Source: a virus (lineage: Duplodnaviria; Heunggongvirae; Uroviricota; Caudoviricetes). From it: 42,569 nt of DNA. Below, piece by piece: positions 39,476 through 42,569 of this stretch (its first letter is position 1; each line of letters starts with the position of its first letter). The stretch is from positions 1-42,569 of IMG/VR virus record IMGVR_UViG_2870469529_000003; one strand, written 5' to 3'. The notes under the pieces are model-generated. The model was given only the letters and a program-made list of their open reading frames with translations, did not search any database and had not been told where the DNA came from. The translations under genes and the position numbers were made by a program.

Positions 39476-40156
39476 ATGACCACTATTACCAAAGAACGTA
39501 TCGAATTGTTCATTAAAAATCCGCTTGATAACGGACTTACTCGTGGCGAACAAATGGAACTGGCACGAATTGCACTGGCCTCGCTTGAGGCAGAGCTAGT
39601 TGGTGCATTCCACATTGCTGAACAGCAAGTTGACGGCACAAGTGACTATCTCAAGGATGGAGAATGGCCTATTGATAATGGGATTATTGAAGTCTACGCC
39701 GCCCCGCCAGCGCCGGTAGTGCCTGATGAAATGACAGAACACGGCGCAAGACGGGCAACAGGTTTTAACCGTTATATCGTAGCAGGGTACGTAGAAGGCT
39801 GGAACGCCTGCCGTGCAGCCATGCTTCAGAGTCAATCCGAACAACCACAAAACGCCCAACAAAATATTCCTGAAAATATTCCTGGTGGCAACTCTCCGGT
39901 AATTCCGGAGGGTTGGATAAACTGTAGTGAGCGAATGCCTGTAATTGGCGAGCTAAATTGGAGAACTAGTTTTCCTTTGCTGGTTACGTGTGAGATCGGC
40001 GTTATACCTGCTTATTACGGCTTTGTGAGCGTTAATGGTGATAGGCATTATGGCTTTATGGAGAGTCTTAAATACGGAGACGATAGCGGCGGCCATCCTC
40101 AAACTAATGAATATGGTCTGATTAGCAATGTAACCCACTGGATGCCGCTGCCATAA
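39476..40156 (+). CDS. Hypothetical protein with DUF551-like C-terminal motif (VTHWMPLP), 226 aa
   Basis: C-terminal motif shared with the ORF at 22569-22787. Confidence 0.55.
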   Translation: MTTITKERIELFIKNPLDNGLTRGEQMELARIALASLEAELVGAFHIAEQQVDGTSDYLKDGEWPIDNGIIEVYAAPPAPVVPDEMTEHGARRATGFNRYIVAGYVEGWNACRAAMLQSQSEQPQNAQQNIPENIPGGNSPVIPEGWINCSERMPVIGELNWRTSFPLLVTCEIGVIPAYYGFVSVNGDRHYGFMESLKYGDDSGGHPQTNEYGLISNVTHWMPLP

Positions 40157-40517
40157 CCGCCGAGCAGGATGGTGAATAATGCCGCCAGTTAAAGTTGTGA
40201 TTATCACTTTGGTGATGATAGTGATTGCGAGAATCATGTCTGGTGAAGTTTGGTGGATATGGTAATGGCTAAGGCAGCAGCAGAGCGCAACTAACAATCC
40301 TAGCACTCGCGGGGATTTCTTTTATCTGAACTCGCTACGGCGAGTTTTGTTTTATGGAGATGATAAATGCACTTCCGAGTCACAGGTGAATGGAATGGAG
40401 AGCCATTCAACAGAGTTATCGAAGCAGAGAACATCAACGACTGCTATGACCACTGGATGATATGGGCGCAGATAGCACATGCAGACGTAACCAATATTCG
40501 AATTGAAGAACTGAAAG

Positions 40518-40545
40518 AACACCAAGCCGCCTGATGGCGGTTTTT
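40518..40545 (+). terminator. Rho-independent terminator upstream of the excisionase gene
   Basis: CCGCC-TGAT-GGCGG followed by TTTTTTATT. Confidence 0.6.
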
Positions 40546-40591
40546 TATTACCTGATTTGCAGGTTCGATTCCCTATTCGGAGATAGCACTC

Positions 40592-40792
40592 ATGCAACAC
40601 GAACTACAGCCTGATTCCCTGGTTGATTTGAAATTCATCATGGCCGATACTGGCTTCGGTAAAACCTTCATCTATGACCGGATTAAGTCCGGAGACCTGC
40701 CTAAAGCCAAAGTTATCCACGGGCGAGCAAGATGGTTATATCGTGACCATTGTGAATTCAAAAATAAGCTCTTAAGCCGCGCCAATGGGTAA
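40592..40792 (+). CDS. torI: Excisionase / recombination directionality factor, TorI (AlpA/Xis) family, 66 aa
   Basis: MQHELQPDSLVDLKFIMADTGFGKTFIYDRIKSGDLPKAKVIHGRARWLYRDHCEFKNKLLSRANG matches my recollection of K-12 TorI; winged-helix excisionase fold. Confidence 0.85.
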   Translation: MQHELQPDSLVDLKFIMADTGFGKTFIYDRIKSGDLPKAKVIHGRARWLYRDHCEFKNKLLSRANG

Positions 40793-40865
40793 AATAGCGG
40801 GTAAAATATTTCTCACATCCAAAAAACACCATTCCAATCAACCCCCTGCCGCGTCAAGTAGATGT

Positions 40866-40880
40866 CTGCAGGGGACACCA
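40866..40880 (+). other. attR core: 15-bp match to the 3' end of tRNA-Arg (argW type)
   Basis: CTGCAGGGGACACCA matches the acceptor-stem/CCA end of tRNA-Arg(CCU) as I recall it; about 75 bp downstream of torI. Confidence 0.6.
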
Positions 40881-41321
40881 GATACCCTTCAAACGAAATC
40901 TACCTTCACCCCGTAAAAGATGGGTTTGGCAGCACACTTGCCTTATATCTACTCATTTTTACTGCAACAGGTTGAAATCTCAGCACTGTCAGAAAGCGCT
41001 GATGACTAAACAGCCCTGGGCCGGGCGATGTAACCATCACACAGAATCCTGATAGCGAAATATGGCGTGACTCGATACTTCACTCCGCAATGCATTCCTT
41101 GATGAATTCGCAGGACCGTGATACACGGGACAGGTCACTGAATGACGACAATGTCCTGGAAATCAGCGAACCGCGCATCTGAAGTACATTTGAGCGACTG
41201 TACCAGAACATGAATGAGGCGTTTGGATTAGGCGATTATTAGCAGGGCTAAGCATTTTACTATTATTATTTTCCGGTTGAGGGATATAGAGCTATCGACA
41301 ACAACCGGAAAAAGTTTACGT

Positions 41322-42569
41322 CTATATTGCTGAAGGTACAGGCGTTTCCATAACTATTTGCTCGCGTTTTTTACTCAAGAAGAAAATGCCAAATAGCAAC
41401 ATCAGGCAGACAATACCCGAAATTGCGAAGAAAACTGTCTGGTAGCCTGCGTGGTCAAAGAGTATCCCAGTCGGCGTTGAAAGCAGCACAATCCCAAGCG
41501 AACTGGCAATTTGAAAACCAATCAGAAAGATCGTCGACGACAGGCGCTTATCAAAGTTTGCCACGCTGTATTTGAAGACGGATATGACACAAAGTGGAAC
41601 CTCAATGGCATGTAACAACTTCACTAATGAAATAATCCAGGGGTTAACGAACAGCGCGCAGGAAAGGATACGCAACGCCATAATCACAACTCCGATAAGT
41701 AATGCATTTTTTGGCCCTACCCGATTCACAAAGAAAGGAATAATCGCCATGCACAGCGCTTCGAGTACCACCTGGAATGAGTTGAGATAACCATACAGGC
41801 GCGTTCCTACATCGTGTGATTCGAATAAACCTGCATAAAAGACAGGAAAAAGTTGTTGATCAAAAATGTTATAGAAAGACCACGTCCCCACAATAAATAT
41901 GACGAAAACCCAGAAGTTTCGATCCTTGAAAACTGCGATAAAATCCTCTTTTTTTACCCCTCCCGCATCTGCCGCTACGCACTGGTGATCCTTATCTTTA
42001 AAACGCATGTTGATCATCATAAATACAGCGCCAAATAGCGAGACCAACCAGAAGTTGATATGGGGACTGATACTAAAAAATATGCCGGCAAAGAACGCGC
42101 CAATAGCATAGCCAAAAGATCCCCAGGCGCGCGCTGTTCCATATTCGAAATGAAAATTTCGCGCCATTTTTTCGGTGAAGCTATCAAGCAAACCGCATCC
42201 CGCCAGATACCCCAGGCCAAAAAATAGCGCCCCCAGAATTAGACCTACAGAAAAATTGCTTTGCAGTAACGGTTCATAAACGTAAATCATAAACGGTCCG
42301 GTCAAGACCAGGATGAAACTCATACACCAGATGAGCGGTTTCTTCAGACCGAGTTTATCCTGAACGATGCCGTAGAACATCATAAATAGAATGCTGGTAA
42401 ACTGGTTGACCGAATAAAGTGTACCTAATTCCGTCCCTGTCAACCCTAGATGTCCTTTCAGCCAAATAGCGTATAACGACCACCACAGCGACCAGGAAAT
42501 AAAAAAGAGAAATGAGTAACTGGATGCAAAACGATAGTACGCATTTCTGAATGGAATATTCAGTGCCAT
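41322..42569 (-). CDS. cscB: Sucrose:H+ symporter, LacY/oligosaccharide-H+ symporter family (MFS), 415 aa; host gene
   Basis: 12-TM MFS protein with clear LacY-like pattern; matches my recollection of CscB. Confidence 0.8.
   Translation of the reverse strand: MALNIPFRNAYYRFASSYSFLFFISWSLWWSLYAIWLKGHLGLTGTELGTLYSVNQFTSILFMMFYGIVQDKLGLKKPLIWCMSFILVLTGPFMIYVYEPLLQSNFSVGLILGALFFGLGYLAGCGLLDSFTEKMARNFHFEYGTARAWGSFGYAIGAFFAGIFFSISPHINFWLVSLFGAVFMMINMRFKDKDHQCVAADAGGVKKEDFIAVFKDRNFWVFVIFIVGTWSFYNIFDQQLFPVFYAGLFESHDVGTRLYGYLNSFQVVLEALCMAIIPFFVNRVGPKNALLIGVVIMALRILSCALFVNPWIISLVKLLHAIEVPLCVISVFKYSVANFDKRLSSTIFLIGFQIASSLGIVLLSTPTGILFDHAGYQTVFFAISGIVCLMLLFGIFFLSKKREQIVMETPVPSAI

Larger units (their letters stand above)
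1..40880. mobile_element. Lambdoid / P22-like mosaic prophage; left end (attL, tRNA) lies outside the window, right end at the attR core
   Basis: Contiguous integrase, virion, lysis, replication, immunity and excisionase modules; tRNA-Arg 3'-end match at 40866-40880; host permease beyond. Confidence 0.85.

Noticed and set aside
39083-39553. 156-aa minus-strand ORF (also 38345-38695 and 39953-40306 minus)
   Set aside because: Antisense to tightly packed, translationally coupled plus-strand early genes.
40352-40600. 82-aa minus-strand ORF upstream of torI
   Set aside because: The plus strand has a better candidate (40367-40534, GGAG RBS, followed by a terminator hairpin); the minus ORF would run against the operon.
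1-42569. CRISPR array, rRNA, IS element or transposase
   Set aside because: No regularly spaced direct repeats, no rRNA-like sequence and no DDE transposase ORF; the only mobile element is the prophage itself.

Overview
Almost the whole window (1 to ~40880) is one mosaic lambdoid prophage with a P22-like virion module, integrated at a tRNA-Arg (argW-type) site; the last ~1.7 kb is host DNA ending in a LacY-family permease that I recognise as sucrose permease CscB. Order left to right: IntS-type integrase (+), gtrABC O-antigen glucosylation operon (+), then on the minus strand tailspike, ejection proteins, tail needle, coat, scaffold, portal and terminase, lambda-like lysis cassette (S, R, Rz/Rz1), Q with pR', nin region, DnaB-like helicase, O-like initiator with internal iterons, cII and cro; then on the plus strand cI, N with nutL, Ral, cIII-like, Kil-like, a recombination module (SSAP, HNH, SSB), unknown early genes and a TorI-type excisionase next to a 15-bp tRNA-Arg 3'-end core (attR). 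Integrase and excisionase sit at opposite prophage ends, as in E. coli K-12 KplE1/CPS-53, so this looks like an intact relative of that remnant. The best candidate for an undescribed system is the cargo locus between tailspike and the gp16-like gene (6383-8110): an Mnt-like repressor with its palindromic operator but no arc/ant, a 322-aa protein of unknown function behind a near-consensus promoter bracketed by two inverted-repeat pairs, and a divergent 62-aa hydrophobic protein. Secondary candidates are the unusually long AT-rich gtrC, a chimeric CI repressor, an MT-A70 methyltransferase flanked by Zn-ribbon mini-proteins, and a chimeric SSAP with an inserted HNH nuclease. All identifications are from reading the sequence and recalled family knowledge; no searches were run, and coordinates of hand-placed small sites may be off by 1-2 nt.
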